A stretch of DNA of 63,918 nucleotides, counting the filler, from Hyphochytrium catenoides (taxonomy: Eukaryota > Protista > Hyphochytriomycota), in the NCBI GenBank assembly GCA_900088475.1. It is 8 parts of 8 records of this genome, joined end to end, with 100 filler letters (N's around TTAATTAATTAA, not from the genome) between each part and the next. Parts side by side here need not be neighbours in the genome. Positions count along the whole stretch, not along the records: positions 1 to 14,214 come from FLMG01000744.1; positions 14,315 to 38,088 come from FLMG01003619.1; 6 more parts are not named here. The stretch is one strand, 5' to 3'. Under the pieces are notes generated by a model. That model saw only the letters and a list, made by a program, of their open reading frames with translations, made no database searches and had not been told where the DNA came from. The position numbers and the translations under genes were made by a program. Each line of letters begins with the position of its first letter. The stretch's first letter is position 1. This document shows, piece after piece, positions 1-17,205 of the stretch.

Positions 1-57
1 TTCTCGTCCCAAAGTTCGGGTTCTCTCTAAAGGAGAGAAAAGAGAAGAGAGAGAAAG

Positions 58-95
<38 letters not shown>

Positions 96-232
96 AAGGT
101 AAAGAAAAAGGCACAGAAGCAGGAAGGTTTGGTGGTGCTGAGCCACCTTCTCCTCCCCCGTTCTCCCGACATCATCCTTGAACCGCGGCTGCGTAGAAGA
201 GCTACAACCAGGATGGAGGAAGAGAGTGAGCC

Positions 233-268
<36 letters not shown>

Positions 269-387
269 AGAGAGAAGACAAGGAAGAAATGAGAGCGAAG
301 AAATAGGGAGGAGAGGAAGGAAAACGAAGGGTTATCATCTCATTTGGCCTATATAAAAAAACTTCTCTCTATGTAATAGAACCACTA

Positions 388-423
<36 letters not shown>

Positions 424-1513
424 TCCTCTTCTCTCTCTCTCCCTCTTTATCTGTCTTGACCCTTCATCGCAAGGGGTGCACTCGAAGAAAGTTTTGCTCA
501 GATCTTCGGAATGTCCTGCAAGAGCAAGATTTCTTAGGACGCGTCTGCGCTCATCACATAGAAGATGGAAGAAGACNNNNNNNNNNNNNNNNNNNNNAGA
601 GAGAGGAGAGAGAAAGACCGCATCATCAACAGTCGACAGAGCCTCTTTAGGTCAGACAGCGATCTCCTTGCCTTGACATCTCCTTATGTCTCTTCGTTTC
701 TCTCGACACGGAACGTCTCTCTTACTCTCTCTTCTCTCTCCTCTCTCTCTTTTCTCTCTTCTCTCCTCGTGGAAGAGAGAGGCTTTGTCGCGCCGTGCAG
801 CAGGCAAAACAGAGGCTTAGAGTTGCACCACATCAAGCCATCAATCAACTTCCTGCTTCCATTCTCTCTTCAACAGCTTCTTAGTCCAAGACAGACTCGC
901 TTCGTTCTCTCTCTCTCTCTCTTCCAGCCTCGCCTTTCTCTCTCTCTCTCTCGTTCTCTCTCTCTCTCTCTCTCTTTCTCTATCTCTATTGGCTAGTTAT
1001 TCGACTTGTGGAGCCATAATTCCATAGCAATGTGCTCCTATATCTCCTAATGTCTGGAGGGAGCTATCTAGAATCCTCATAAGACAAACGAGTTACAAAA
1101 TGAACCGTGTTTACATAGGTAATGTAAGGATTTATGTATAAGATGGTTTGATTCTTATCTGTGTTTAGAGCTCTTCCACACTTCAACGTCCACTCTGTCT
1201 GCTGCCCGTCTGTTTCCAATATAGAAACTCAAAGTCTCTAAAGCGTTATTAGGAATAGAGTTGCATCAGAGCCCCAATGTTAATAATAACAGCTATTGTA
1301 TGAGAAATAATGTCATTGTTGCGGCTCTGATGATGAAGGGTCAGTAGGGAGAAGAAGAATGTGACAGAATATGATCTTCTTCCAGGCCGACAGACCGAGA
1401 GACAGAGATTGAAGAGATTCTTATAATCATAGGTACGAAACGTTAATATTAGAGACAGAGAAGAGAGAGGGGAGAGAGAAACAGCAACAGCAAAGAATTC
1501 ATCCATCCAAACA

Positions 1514-1550
<37 letters not shown>

Positions 1551-1758
1551 ATGGGCAAGAAGTGAATGTGCATCGAGTAGAAAGAGAGAGGGGAGGGCCT
1601 GTATGACGTGACGAGGGGAGAGAGAGAGAAATACTGAAAGAGGCGGAGTGGTGTGAAGGTGAGTCAGAATCGCATTGGCGGGGACGATCGGGGCTGTTGG
1701 TTGGACGATGATGGCCAAAGAAGAAGAGAGAGAAGCAAAAGTGAAGTGAGGGACACAT

Positions 1759-1810
<52 letters not shown>

Positions 1811-2547
1811 AAAGATGCAGATATGTGATAGGACGATCGGGACATGAAGAGGAGGAGGAAAGGCGCAGATGAGAAAGAGGAAAGAAGAAGCTGAGGGTGT
1901 AGAAAGGAGACTTTTAAAAAAATGACCGAGGAAGGAGAGAGAGACAGCGAAGGAGAGACATTCAGAAACAGAGATAAAGATAGTAACAGATCATCCATAA
2001 GGAAGTGTGCGCCTACTGAGAAGAAGAAGGTCAGCAGAGAAAAAGCGATAGAAAGTCGGTCTTTGTAGAGCGGAGGAAAGTATTGCGGCCCATTGCAAAC
2101 GATGACGAAAAGACACAATGAGGAAGGAGAAAGAGAGAGAGAAATATGGAGGATAGGTGCGTTGTGAGGAGAGAGAGAGAGAGAGAGAGAGCCAGAGCGG
2201 TAGAGGGCCACAGAGAGTAACCACGAAACGAGGGTGTAGATGAGACAGAGGGAGAGAGAGAGAGAGAGAGAGAGACAGAGGGAGAGAGATGTTAGAAGGT
2301 TATTGATGCCGCAGAATTATTTCATAAGCAAAACATGACAGACGCCGTGCAGCACGCTGGTCTTTCCTTTTTTTATCTACGGATGCTAGAAGACCGGGAA
2401 GGGAGAGCAAAAGAGAGAGAAAAGAGAGAAGAGAAAGGCAAGAGAGAGAAGAGAGAGAGAGATAAGAAAGAAAGAGAGAACAATGAGAGAGGGGGAGAAA
2501 CTGATCCTTGAGAGATCATCTAGCAAGAAAGGCCAAGGGAGAGGTTC

Positions 2548-3044
2548 TTATTCTTCCTTCTTTTTGTCCTTGGGCGCGGAAGGCGGAGGAGAGGCGGGTT
2601 GAGTGGCCGTGTGTCTCTTTCCTGTCTCTCTCTTTCCTTTCTCTCTCTCTCCCTCTCTCGGTTCTGTCAGCCCGAGCGCTGCTCTGAGTCTGGCCAGGAA
2701 GAACCTCTTTGGGTCTCTCTCTTGGACCTCCTGCAGCTCCTGAATGCACCTTTCCAAGCCTGAGCGGGCCGCATCCCGAATCGCTGACTGGTTCTCCTGC
2801 CACGGAGAGAGAACCATGAGAGAGACGTTCATCGAGAGAGAGAGAGAGAGAGAACTAGCGAGAGGGAGAAAAGGATGGGAAACAGAATGCGTTGCCGAGA
2901 GAGAGGAGAGAAAGGGAGAGAGAGAAAGAGAAAAAGAGAGAGACAAGACACGTAATGAAATGAGACCTCTCCTTTACTAAGGCCGTACCAGAACAAGCCC
3001 TTATTCAAGAGAGAGACTTCACGAGGAAGCAGGAAAAGTCGGCG

Positions 3045-3079
<35 letters not shown>

Positions 3080-3270
3080 CTTACCACGGAGATGTCTCCC
3101 GCCAGATGCTCTGTCTCGATGGGCTCACCGAACTTGAAATAGATTCTCTGCCAACCGCTGGGTCCGCAGGGTTGGAGCACTGGGATGTGCAATCCTCGGT
3201 TGTCAAGGAAAGAAGAGACTGGAAGAGAGGCTCTTACTCTCAACATCTAGTCAGAGAGAAACGAGAGCAG

Positions 3271-3312
<42 letters not shown>

Positions 3313-3582
3313 CAGAGAAAGCAGAAGATGAGAAGGAGAGGGTCAGTAGACGGTGAGAGAAAGCTAAAGGCTACTTTCGAAGCCACCAAGTGATAACGAA
3401 AGGAGAGAGAGACAGCCAGAAAGAGAGAGAGAACAATGTAGCAGGCTGAGCCCGCCAGTCTTTAGCAGGACGTAGAAGGAGCCAGATGGGATGAAGAGAG
3501 AGAGAGAAAGGATGAGAATGAGAGAGGCACTATAAAGGAAGAGAGAGAGAGGGAGATAGACAGAGAGAAAAAGTAAAGGAGA

Positions 3583-3614
<32 letters not shown>

Positions 3615-4449
3615 AAGAGTGTCTTACCTCCGGCGTGCCCACGGTGGCCACAGGAACAATGGTATACTTATTAGCAATGGCCAGTCGGGCAAAACCCATT
3701 CTATTCTTCCACATAAGCTCATACTTTCCGTCTGTCTCTCTCTTCATCACCTCTCTCCCTCCTCCTGGGTAGACAAGCAGTCTCTCTCTTCTCTCCATCA
3801 GCATCTGGACATTCTCTCTCGTCCCATCCAGGCCTCCCGTCCATCGAAGGAGAGAGCGCCAGCCAGGCAGCCAGAAATGACAGTGATCAGCTATCCCGCG
3901 GAGAGAGAGACCCGTTCTCTTCCATGTGTGAAAGAGAAGAGAGGGCATCTCCAGCCCGCCCACGGCGTGGTTTGCCACAAAAATGACTGGCTTATCGCGA
4001 GGAATATTCTCCACTCCGAGCAGTTGAGGAGAGAAGAGACTGTCGAAGAGGAATTGGAGAGGAGAGAGAGCTCCGATGCAGGGAAGAGTATGAAGAAGAA
4101 GGCGTCTCTCTCCCTCGTGCTCGGCGTGAAGGAAAGGCTGAGGATCTCCGTCAATGAGCTGGAAGAGACGATGAAGAAGATGGGAGAGAAGAAGCAGAGA
4201 GAGAGAAAGAAGGAGTCTCTCTTCTACGCCTCCTTCATCCTTTGCGAAGTAGAAGGAGAGAAGACGAGAGAGAAAGAGAGCGGTATGACAGGCAGTAAGT
4301 AGGTTGAAGGCGATGCTGGCGCCCCAGCTGAAGAGAGAGGAACGCGCTAGCCTTTTGAGAAGAAAGGACTTAAGAGGTAACTGCGCGGGGAGGAGAAAGA
4401 GGAGGGCGACAGGAGAGAGAAGGAGGAGAGTGGCAGTCTCTGCAAGCAT
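2548..4449 (-). CDS. Membrane acyltransferase, PlsC/LPLAT superfamily (DGAT2/MGAT/TMEM68-like), 3 exons
   Basis: Hydrophobic N-terminus, then ENIPRDKPVIFVANHAVGGLE, LRGIADHCHF, LLVYPGGGREV, GFARLAIANKYTIVPVATVG. GTAAG donor at ~3628. Exon 2 (~3086-3248) has QRIYFKFGEPI. Exon 3 (~2548-2797) reads ENQSAIRD...KKKEE* after a CAG acceptor. Confidence 0.88.
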
Positions 4450-4574
4450 CTTTCTCTCTTTCCCTCGACTCTGTTTCTCCTCTTATATCTCTGGCGCCTT
4501 CCGTTTACGTCTTGATACCTAGGTTTCGCGTAGCCGTAGCTCTCTCTCTCGCGCGCGCCGAAAACTCTCTCTCT

Positions 4575-4610
<36 letters not shown>

Positions 4611-5994
4611 GCTTGTCCCGAAGGTAATCTCACTGTGTAGTAAAGTCTTCTCGGTCTTTCTCTCTCTTTTCTCCTCCTCTTGGTTTGTCCCAGGGCCAGC
4701 TTTTCTGTTTATGAAGCACTTCTTGCTCAGCGACAACCACCACGAGAGAGAGAGAAACGCTGGGAGACAGAGAGAGGCAAGAGACAGAGTAGGTGACTAG
4801 ATATGAAACACTTCAGCTTAAGCGATACTGTGTATGTGAGACAGAGAAGAGAAAAAGACAGGTTCCCAGGGACGGGGAAGGTGACTGAATGACACTTGGA
4901 GACTTCCTGGCTACTTGTACTGTCGTCCTCTCTCTGACTAGCTGAGACGTGGAGAGAAGAAGAGAGAGAGAGAGGGGAAAGGGAAAGGAGAGAAGCAACG
5001 ACGAGTAAAGAATATTACTGGGAAGAGAGAGGGCCAGGGAATCCAGCGAGAAAGAAAGAGACTGATATGGGATGAGGAGAGAGAGAGGGGGGGAGAGAGA
5101 GAGGGGGAGANNNNNNNNNNNNNNNNNNNNNNNAGAGAGAGAGAGAGAGAGAGAGAGAGGCTGGGGAGACACTTGTCAAAAAGCGACTCCATTGTCCTAC
5201 CCTCACGTCACCCCCAACTCGACGTGCAGTCATTTTACAAATAAACCCTTCGGACAGCATCTTAGTTTCGTAACATGGTCATTTTCATATTGGCATTTGC
5301 CGCAGTCTTACTAGATTCGGCAACGGATTGGAGGTCTTTTCGGCATGGTGAGAAAAGGGAGAGACAGAGCACAAGAGAGAGAGAGAGAGAAAAAAAAGAG
5401 AGAGAGACAGAGCGAAAGAGAGTGAGAAGAGAGAGAAAGAGAGCGCAGCGGTCCAGCTGCCTCAGTCTCATAACCTCGCCTTTTCCATTGAAGAGCAAGT
5501 AGGTAGTTGTCGGCCGGAGAGAGAAAGAGAGACTGTGAGAGAGAAGAGAGGGAAATAGAGCGTCCTCTATTGCTGGTTTGAAGCTGATTGCATACCAGAA
5601 AGAGGAGATCGGACGAGAGAGAGAAAGAGGAGGAGAGAGAGAGAGAGAGACTGCAGCTCATAGTGTGCTGGGCGATCTAGATCAAACAGAGAGCGAGGGA
5701 AGAGAGAAGCAAGAGAAAGAGAGAGAGGAATAACAAGAGCAGGAAGGTGAATGACTCAGTGGAGCGGCGAATGGATTTCTACGGAGAAAAGAAGAGAGGC
5801 TTCTTATATAGCATAGAAACGTTCCTAACATGTACACATAGAGGACATGAAGTGGCATAATGAACAAAATCTTGAAGTAAAGGAAAAAGAGAAGAGAGAA
5901 GAGAGAGAGAGAGAGCGAGAGAGAGCGAGAGAGGGAGAGGAAGAGAGAGAGAGAGAGGGAGGTGGTGGGAGAGAGAGAGAGGTAGCCTCTTCCT

Positions 5995-9998
<4,004 letters not shown>

Positions 9999-10821
9999 GC
10001 TGCATAACCTGCCAGATCGTGTCACGAGCGCAAGTAGCACCCTGTCCAGCCCTCTCAATTTTATGGCCCCATGTCAGTTTTATCCATCACTACGTCCAAT
10101 GTCACCAGCAGCAGTAGAAGCAGCCCTAGCTCATAGTCTTTGGTGAATGAATCGTGAGCATTGGTGCAGCTCCTGGACCCCCAACTTCGAAGGCTGCAGA
10201 CAGAAGTCCTCAAACCAAGAAAGACTAGTACCTCCCGCGGCTATGTTTTCGAACAACAGTGCACGAGGGCCTCTTTCGTCTTTCTATGGGAGCAAAGAGA
10301 GGCTTTTCCTCGCCGTGAGCCTCAGAGGAAGAGAGAAATCAGACGGAGCAAAGGGCAATGACAAGTGAGCTTTTTGGAGATTTGTTGAAGATTTTTTTGC
10401 TCATATATCGGCAATAGAGCCGCTAACGCCCGTCCAACAGAGAAAGCTTCATCTCGGAGAGATATGCAACAAGTTGGAGACAGATTGTCATTACCAACTT
10501 TGATTTGTATGACAGAAGGGAACGTAGAGCTATCGTCCTACTGAGAGACAGAACTGCGAACACCAAGGGCAAACGAGACAGAGTCATGATAAAGCAGTGG
10601 ATTCGTGAAATGAGATGCGCGCTTGTTGGGATTCTAAGTAGTAGAGAGATGCCGCCCTGACGCTTTGATTTGTTAGGAGCCAGAGTCCGAGATCAGAGCC
10701 TTGGAAGAAGGGAAGAGGCACTGAGAGAGATTTGGTTGGCAAAGGATAAGGGCAATGCTCTCGATTATATCTACATATGAAGGTAACCTAGGAGACCAGA
10801 AGAGATAAAGAAGCAGAGATC

Positions 10822-12804
10822 CTAGACGCTGTCCTCCTCCTCGTCCGCGAAGCGATCCTTTGTAGGCAGAAATCCTCTAGGGCTCTTGGCAGCAGCAAGA
10901 GAAGCTGGATGGATCCGAGGGGAGTCCAGCTCACCGGGAGCTGACTGATCCTCAAGAGGCATATACTCAGCAAGGATGCTGCGTACCTGGTCACGCATGT
11001 GGCGCTGAGTGCGACGCCAGTAGGCGAAGCCCACAAAGGCCATGGTGAAGACAATGAGAGAGACAATAGCCATCACCTGCCCGGAAGAGAAAGAATGCTT
11101 AGCAATCTCTGCCGCATCTTGCTGGATAGTAGAGCCGTGCGTGACACAACGCATCACTTGGTCAGGAGAAGTATCAGCGCACATGCATTCCTTTGGAGGA
11201 TCATGGTCTCCGTAGCCCGCACAGATCATGTTGAACACATTGGGAGCATTCACACGGCCGCGGCCATGGACGCCATCCACATACACCGTTGGCAATCGAA
11301 GAATCTGCAGCTCCTTCTGCTCCCTACTCTCGGCCTCCAGGATTGGGTTCTCCTTGTCTACACCCTGTCCATAAGGCTGCATGCACTTGTCAATCTCGTC
11401 TGGGCTGATTCCCACCTTCTTCAGCACTCTGTTAGCGCAGTCATTCGTAGTATAGTCGTCCTCTGTCGGGCAGTGCTCATCGAAGGCCAGGACATAGTCC
11501 CACCACTTTTTGCCCACGCCTGTCTTGTGGTTGTCGGTCGCATGTTTCCAGATGCAGATTCGGCGAAGGTTCTCCCTCACAATGTCAGCTCCTGACGCCC
11601 CAGACGACTGATCATGCTCTGGCGATGGGTCAAGCAGACAGTATCTTCCCTTGTTGAGGCACATGTTCCCGCACACGCCTGAGTCTCTGCAGCCCACCTT
11701 CGTGCCATTATAAGAGACGTAGTGCGGAGTGAAGAACTGCCGCTCGCCCAGTTTCTCTGGGACAGATGCGAACTCTTTCAGGAACTCTTTGGAGCTCTTG
11801 TCATAAGAGCTGTGCCACAGAGACCACTCCACGCGCCCGTCAGGAGCCGGGATGCCCCACTCGAATTGCACTAAGACATTGCTAATGCCCTCGTTTCTCT
11901 TGAGCTCTTTCTTGATGTTGTTCGCATCATTCTTTCGGATGAGCATGGATGGAATGGTGATATCCTCTCCCGCGCCATCGTCCGCCTAGAAGCATCCAAA
12001 CAAGCGAGCAGAGAACAATATTAACAATGAGCATTAACTAAACAAGAAGTGGGCTTTGGGGCCCGGCCAAGAGAGACACTGACGATGACGGAAAGAAGAC
12101 AAGAGCGAGAGAGAGAAAGAGAGAGAGAGAAACCCACGGAATATAAGAATACTCGAGAAGAATCTTGACAGAGAGCGATACAAACGGAGGGAGGGAGAGT
12201 GAGGGAAAGAGGGTGAGAAAGAGTGAGAGAACAGAGAATGAATGCCGTTGGGGACTGAAGAGGGCTCTCACCATGAAAGGCAGCTGGGTCTCACAAGGCT
12301 CAGCATCGCTTTGCTCCTTAAGGCACTCCGCGTCACTGCAAAGGCATCTATGATCAGCGATCACAACCGCCGCAGCTCTTGCTGTCTGCGCATTTTTCAC
12401 TTTGTCTACAAAGTGGCAGCCTCCGCCGCGGTCAATAAGAAGCACAAACGGTCTCTCCCATCCGTCTGAGTTGATCGGAGAGCAGCCGGTGCCGTTAGCG
12501 TAGAAGAGCGGCGCAGATAGCGTTCCCTGGCGGTACGAAGGGTAGCCAAACAGAGCGTCCTTATGCGGATATCCACCCTCCTTGTGCAGACTCACCGGGA
12601 CTGTCACTTGAAAGAGAGAATGCTCATCCTACAGGCAACAGAAGCAAAAACAGAGAAAATTGAGCCGCTAACCTCGTAACTTTCTCAAGCATTTGCTAGA
12701 TCTCTTACCTCACGGGATGGCCAACTGTCAACAGCTGTTGAAGAAGGAAGAGCAATCGCTCCAAAAAGAGCTGACGCTAGGAAAAAAGAGCTGTACGACG
12801 GCAT
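10822..12804 (-). CDS. VSR: Vacuolar sorting receptor (VSR/BP80 family, PA domain), 3 exons
   Basis: Signal-peptide exon MPSYSSFFLASALFGAIAL (ATG 12804). PA domain ALFGYPSY...FVLLIDRGGGCHFVDKVKNAQ...ITIPSMLI. Central domain PDGRVEWSLW, FTPHY, GRYCLLDP, ENLRRICIW, WWDYV. TM segment, then tail MRDQVRSILAEYMPL, which matches the plant VSR YMPL motif. Confidence 0.93.
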
Positions 12805-13127
12805 GATCACCACCTCTCAACGGCAGCCGCTTAGGAAAAGGCAGAGAACTCCACCGATCAAAAAGCAAGGATAACCGCGCCGCGCCGGTTGGCTCTCTGA
12901 AAAATAGATGCTGACGCCGGAATGAAGGCAAAACACGTTAAAGTCAGCAATGAGACGGTCCGCGTTGAACTCCTGAGACGGTCTGTTAAAGCCTAGACAA
13001 GCACTGAAAGATGTCCGTCCCAGCTTGTTGAAGCTTTCTGCAGATTGCTGACGGGCTGAGCTGCAGGGAGAAGAGAAGTGAGGTGAGCTTTTGAGGAAGT
13101 TGTGCAGAAAAGACTGTAGAACAAGCG

Positions 13128-13212
13128 CAGAGAGAGAGAGAGAGGGAGAGAGAGAGAGAGAGAAAGAGAGAGAAAGAGAGAGGGAGAGAGAGTTTGAGAG
13201 AGAGATGCGACA

Positions 13213-13247
<35 letters not shown>

Positions 13248-13251
13248 GACA

Positions 13252-13294
<43 letters not shown>

Positions 13295-13330
13295 CGAGAG
13301 AGAGAGAGAGAGAGTGAGAGAGAGAGAGAA
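13128..13330. repeat. (AG)n microsatellite block; representative of dozens in 1-14.2 kb, 36-38 kb, 50 kb and 53-54 kb
   Basis: Long AG runs with two embedded copies of gagatgcgacaggaagagag. Confidence 0.95.
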
Positions 13331-14214
13331 ACAAGAAAGAGGAGACCGAAGTGGAGTTCTAAAGAAAATGTGTGAGAGAAAGAGGAAAGGGCAAGCGAGT
13401 TGGACCGGAACGAGAGAGAGGAAGAGAGAGATGGTTGGAGGGAATCCGATAGAATTGTTTGTGATAAAGAGGAACGCAAGTGCAAGGATTAGAGCCCAGG
13501 AGCTTGTGAGAGAGATAGACAGACACAGAGACAGACAGACGGATGTAGAGACAGAGTGGAGAGAGAGAAGGAAAGAAATAGTGCTAGAGAAAAGGGAAAA
13601 AGAATGCCAAAAGCGTTCCTCACACTTTCCTTTCTTTTTGACCTTTATCCCATGGCCCCAAAGGCAGTAAAGTGAAAGAAAACGCTTTCATTTCTTTATA
13701 AAGCAAAGATTCAACTTCGCTGGCCATAAGAAAGGGGACGTATGCGGACGCCGCGGATGGCCGTTAACGCCCTTCTCAGTCCCTGGCTTCTTTGTCCGCA
13801 ATTCTGTAGCTGAGTACAAGAAGTGATGTTTGCGCTCTTGAAGGTAGACCAAAGGAAAACGTGTAAAAGCTTCTTTTCGGACTTTGACCCAAGTTGTTCT
13901 GCCTTCTGTGTCACAAAGCGGAAGCTGTCACACACACTCAGGAAAGGTATGATAACTGAACAGAGACTGATTCAAAGGGTTTAGTTGTTCAGTTATCGGA
14001 TGCTTGATTTTATTTGCACTCTGGAGGTTATCGGACCAAGGAAAGATAGAGATTTTGCAGCTTTGCAGCTTTGAAGCTTGAAGATTGAAAAATGCGATAA
14101 CCTTCACTTTGGAGCTGCAGAGCTCGGTGATGAAGGAGGCAAGTGAAGCTCTGGGATCTATTAACACGCGATCTCTGTAACAACCTATAGATTTTTGATG
14201 ATTATTGCTGGCAA

Positions 14215-14314
14215 NNNNNNNNNNNNNNNNNNNNNNNNNNNNNNNNNNNNNNNNNNNNTTAATTAATTAANNNNNNNNNNNNNNNNNNNNNNNNNNNNNN
14301 NNNNNNNNNNNNNN
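14215..14314. other. Artificial contig spacer N44-TTAATTAATTAA-N44
   Basis: Exactly 100 nt with stops in all six frames. Identical copies at 38089-38188, 48664-48763, 51925-52024, 57045-57144, 60765-60864 and 62435-62534. Confidence 0.98.
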
Positions 14315-14379
14315 CGCATTGTCTGCGTTGTTCATTCAGGAAGGTTCTTAGATCATCTCCATCCCTATGTCACTATGAA

Positions 14380-16825
14380 ACAAACACGGGGTATCTCCAG
14401 GGTTTTCTAGGGTTTATTTAGGGGTAAAAGCACGTGGAGCTGCCATCTCCCCTGAACATTGTCCTGTGAACCCCTGGGCGAAAGTCAAGCAGAGGTAATT
14501 GAGGGGTCAGGAAGGGTAATTGAAGGGTAATTTCGGTTTGTGGGTGGGTCAGGCAGTACCAGATCACCTTCACACCTGCAAATTGGGGTAATTAAAGGGT
14601 TTTTGAGAAGCTGTGGGTGGGCACATAGAAAATTTTCGCCCTCACGTCCTAGTTTGGGGTACTTGACGGGTATTTGTCATTGAGGCGGATGGGCCTCTGG
14701 TCAAGGGTCTCCCTCACATCCAAACCTAGGGTATTTGGCGGGTTAATGTGTCTGATGCTGGTGGGCCTCCCCATCAGATTATCTCCCTCACACCTTCCTT
14801 AGGGTAATTGACGGGTAAAGGACAGAATGGGTGGGGCTGGCGGAAGTCTCCCTTCCACCTTCCAGCACCTCCAAAGGACTTGTACTTGTACAGTACAGTA
14901 GTCAAAATATTTTTGAAATTTGGTGAAGCTTCGCATACTTTGTAATGAGGAGCCCACCCCTACCACCATACAATATGATGAAGGAGGCGCCCGACCTACC
15001 AATGGGGAGTTTTCCCCGAGTCACAATGTCAAGCATCACATCTCTAGTAATAATCCCAGAATCAAGAACAGAAATTCCTAAGCCATGTACGCTTAGTAAT
15101 ACCTCTTGTTGGAACTTCAAAACGAATCACCAACAGAGCCTGTCTGCAAGTGTCATACGGAGAAATTGAGCTCAATCTGGAACGGATTACCATTATGCTG
15201 CGTCTTCTCAATGCCATCACTTCACGTAGCGTTCTCCCCATTTCTCAGTCCCATGGCATCCTCCAGTCAATATTGACCTCAAACAGCACCTAAGTTGATG
15301 CGCGGGCACCTCGTTGGCGATGTGTGCCTTCCTATTAATGGTAGGTGCATCCGATGGCCATCATGGTCATAGTAGGGTGATAATCAACCAGTCGCAAAAT
15401 CCTCCTCTCCCTAGTCCTAGATTTGCCCATCTTCTATGCCTCTATCTCCGTCCCTTGCCTATTATGCTACAAAATTGTTCCTTCTAGGTTGACATACTCC
15501 TATCAGGCTCTCCAAATTTCTCTTTCCGTTCCATATTGACGTCTACTTCCTTTTCCACTCCATCCTTCGTTTCATTCTCTTTAGCTGGTTCTCGCATAGA
15601 GCCTTTCTTTCTCTGTCCATGTACTGTTGATTCCTCTCTGCACCATTGGTCTCATTTTACTTCTTTCAAACGAGACTTATATGTTCTCTCCTCCTCCTCA
15701 TCTCTTCTCCAAGGAGACCGTGGCTTCAATCAAGACCACTCTTTCCAATATGGCTACGCCAGAAGGATAAAAGGAGGGGTCCTAAAGTCTGTCTGACTGA
15801 GAGAATTTAAATAGGTGAGTAAAGCTTTCCTATATGAGATGCGCCGCTATCTCTAGTCCCAGATGCAGCATCATTCGTGTTCTTTCAGTTGTGAACTGGT
15901 CTCGCTATTGAGCTTCCTAAGTCTATCTTATCCTCCTTGGCTGCCTATGTTCCCTCTGTCTGATTTTTTCTATCTCTCTATCTCTTGAGCATTGGCTCTT
16001 GCCTTCTTTTGGCAAACAATATGTTGGACAACTCTATTGCTCTTCTACTAGTACTAACTTCTTGTTTTGTGTGATGATGACGTCGGCTCTTTTTTTGGTC
16101 TTCTAAGCTTGATGTGCGCTCTTCCAAACTCTTGGACTCACTAAGGCTTCTACCAAAGCTTGTTGTTGGGTCCTCTTCCCTCTCCAACCCTCTGCCAATG
16201 CGTCCTCCCTTCAATCCTCTCACTATTGCTCGAAACCCCTTATACATCTTTTTTATCATCATCCTCATCATTAATAGCTAACCTCCATCCGCCCGCCATC
16301 GTTCTTCTTCCTCCTCCAGGTGCTACTATGGGGTACTAACTGTGGCTCCGCCTCCTCCCAGCCACAGCCAGCCCCAAGATGAAACAATGGTGGAGACGCT
16401 AACACAGCAAGAAGTACGATTGTTGGCCCCTGCTTGTCTCAGAAGAAGGATAACCTCATAGTTGCCTGCTAGCACTCGCCTTCTGATGAGCAGATAGGAC
16501 GAAGTGACCAAGGAACGAAGAGCAGCGATGAGGAGCCGAGTAGGATGGGAAAGAGGGGTATTTCGAGGGTAATGAAGTGCCAATAATACAATGCTTATTT
16601 GAAATACTGTAGGTCGCAGCTAATACATGGCTTTTCGGACTGAATGCAGTAATACTACCCAATAGTAGCATTCTAATTCTGGACTTGAATAAAATCCCAT
16701 ACTTATCACTGATATGTTGTACTTCTTAACTTTTGGAAAACCCCCCGAATTACCCCAAGAATCGCCAGCCCCATTCGTAACCCTCAATTACCCCAAGCAC
16801 ACCCTCGATTTACCCCGAGGTCACG
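14380..16825. mobile_element. Probable degenerate DNA transposon with inverted subterminal motif arrays
   Basis: Left arm (14490-14845) has repeated GGTAATTGA(N)GGG. Right arm (16740-16820) has the complement (ccctcaattacccc, cccccgaattacccc). GGGGCTGGCG at ~14833 is mirrored by CGCCAGCCCC at ~16763. The interior has no intact ORF. Confidence 0.5.
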
Positions 16826-16980
16826 TTCACAGTGTTTGTTGGTAAGGAATGAGATGAGGGTTGTCACAATATTGTNNNNNNNNNNNNNNNNNNNNNNNNN
16901 NNNNNNNNNNNNNNNNNNNNNNNNNNNNNNNNNNNNNNNNNNNNNNNNNNNNNNNNNNNNNNNNNNNGGCTTTCTTCTTG

Positions 16981-17205
16981 TCATCCCTGATTGAGCCATT
17001 TTGAGTCCTGTTCACGTCCTGCGGTTTTCTTGTCCTCCTTTTTAATTTCTGCTGTAGAGGCTCCAGAGGGTTCGGGATCCGTAATGTGGTCCAGTAGTAG
17101 ACCTAGCCCGTCCAGATAGGCTTCCAGTTTGACACTCCAGATAGGGTAGTCGTCTCGTCCTTGAAGCTTGTTGGTGGATAGAGTTCCTGAGGTTTGAGAG
17201 TCCAT
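16981..17205 (-). mobile_element. Ty1/copia gag N-terminal fragment
   Basis: MDSQTSGTLSTNKLQGRDDYPIWSVKLEAYLDGLGLLLDHITDPEP resembles the copia gag start (KLxGxNYxxWxxKMxAYL). It breaks near an N gap. Confidence 0.75.

Noticed and set aside
100-1050. Possible 3' exons of a plus-strand gene
   Set aside because: CT-rich intron-like tracts suggest one, but an N gap and no recognisable protein prevent a supportable model.
10999-11595. Antisense ORFs over real genes (also 3619-4302, 45738-46367, 47812-48084)
   Set aside because: Shadow frames of well-supported genes on the opposite strand.
14259-14270. Recurring TTAATTAATTAA as a biological motif or repeat array
   Set aside because: Always centred in exactly 44+44 Ns; a synthetic six-frame-stop linker.
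14400-14430. TTTAGGG-like words as telomeric repeats
   Set aside because: Only isolated, imperfect copies; no tandem array.
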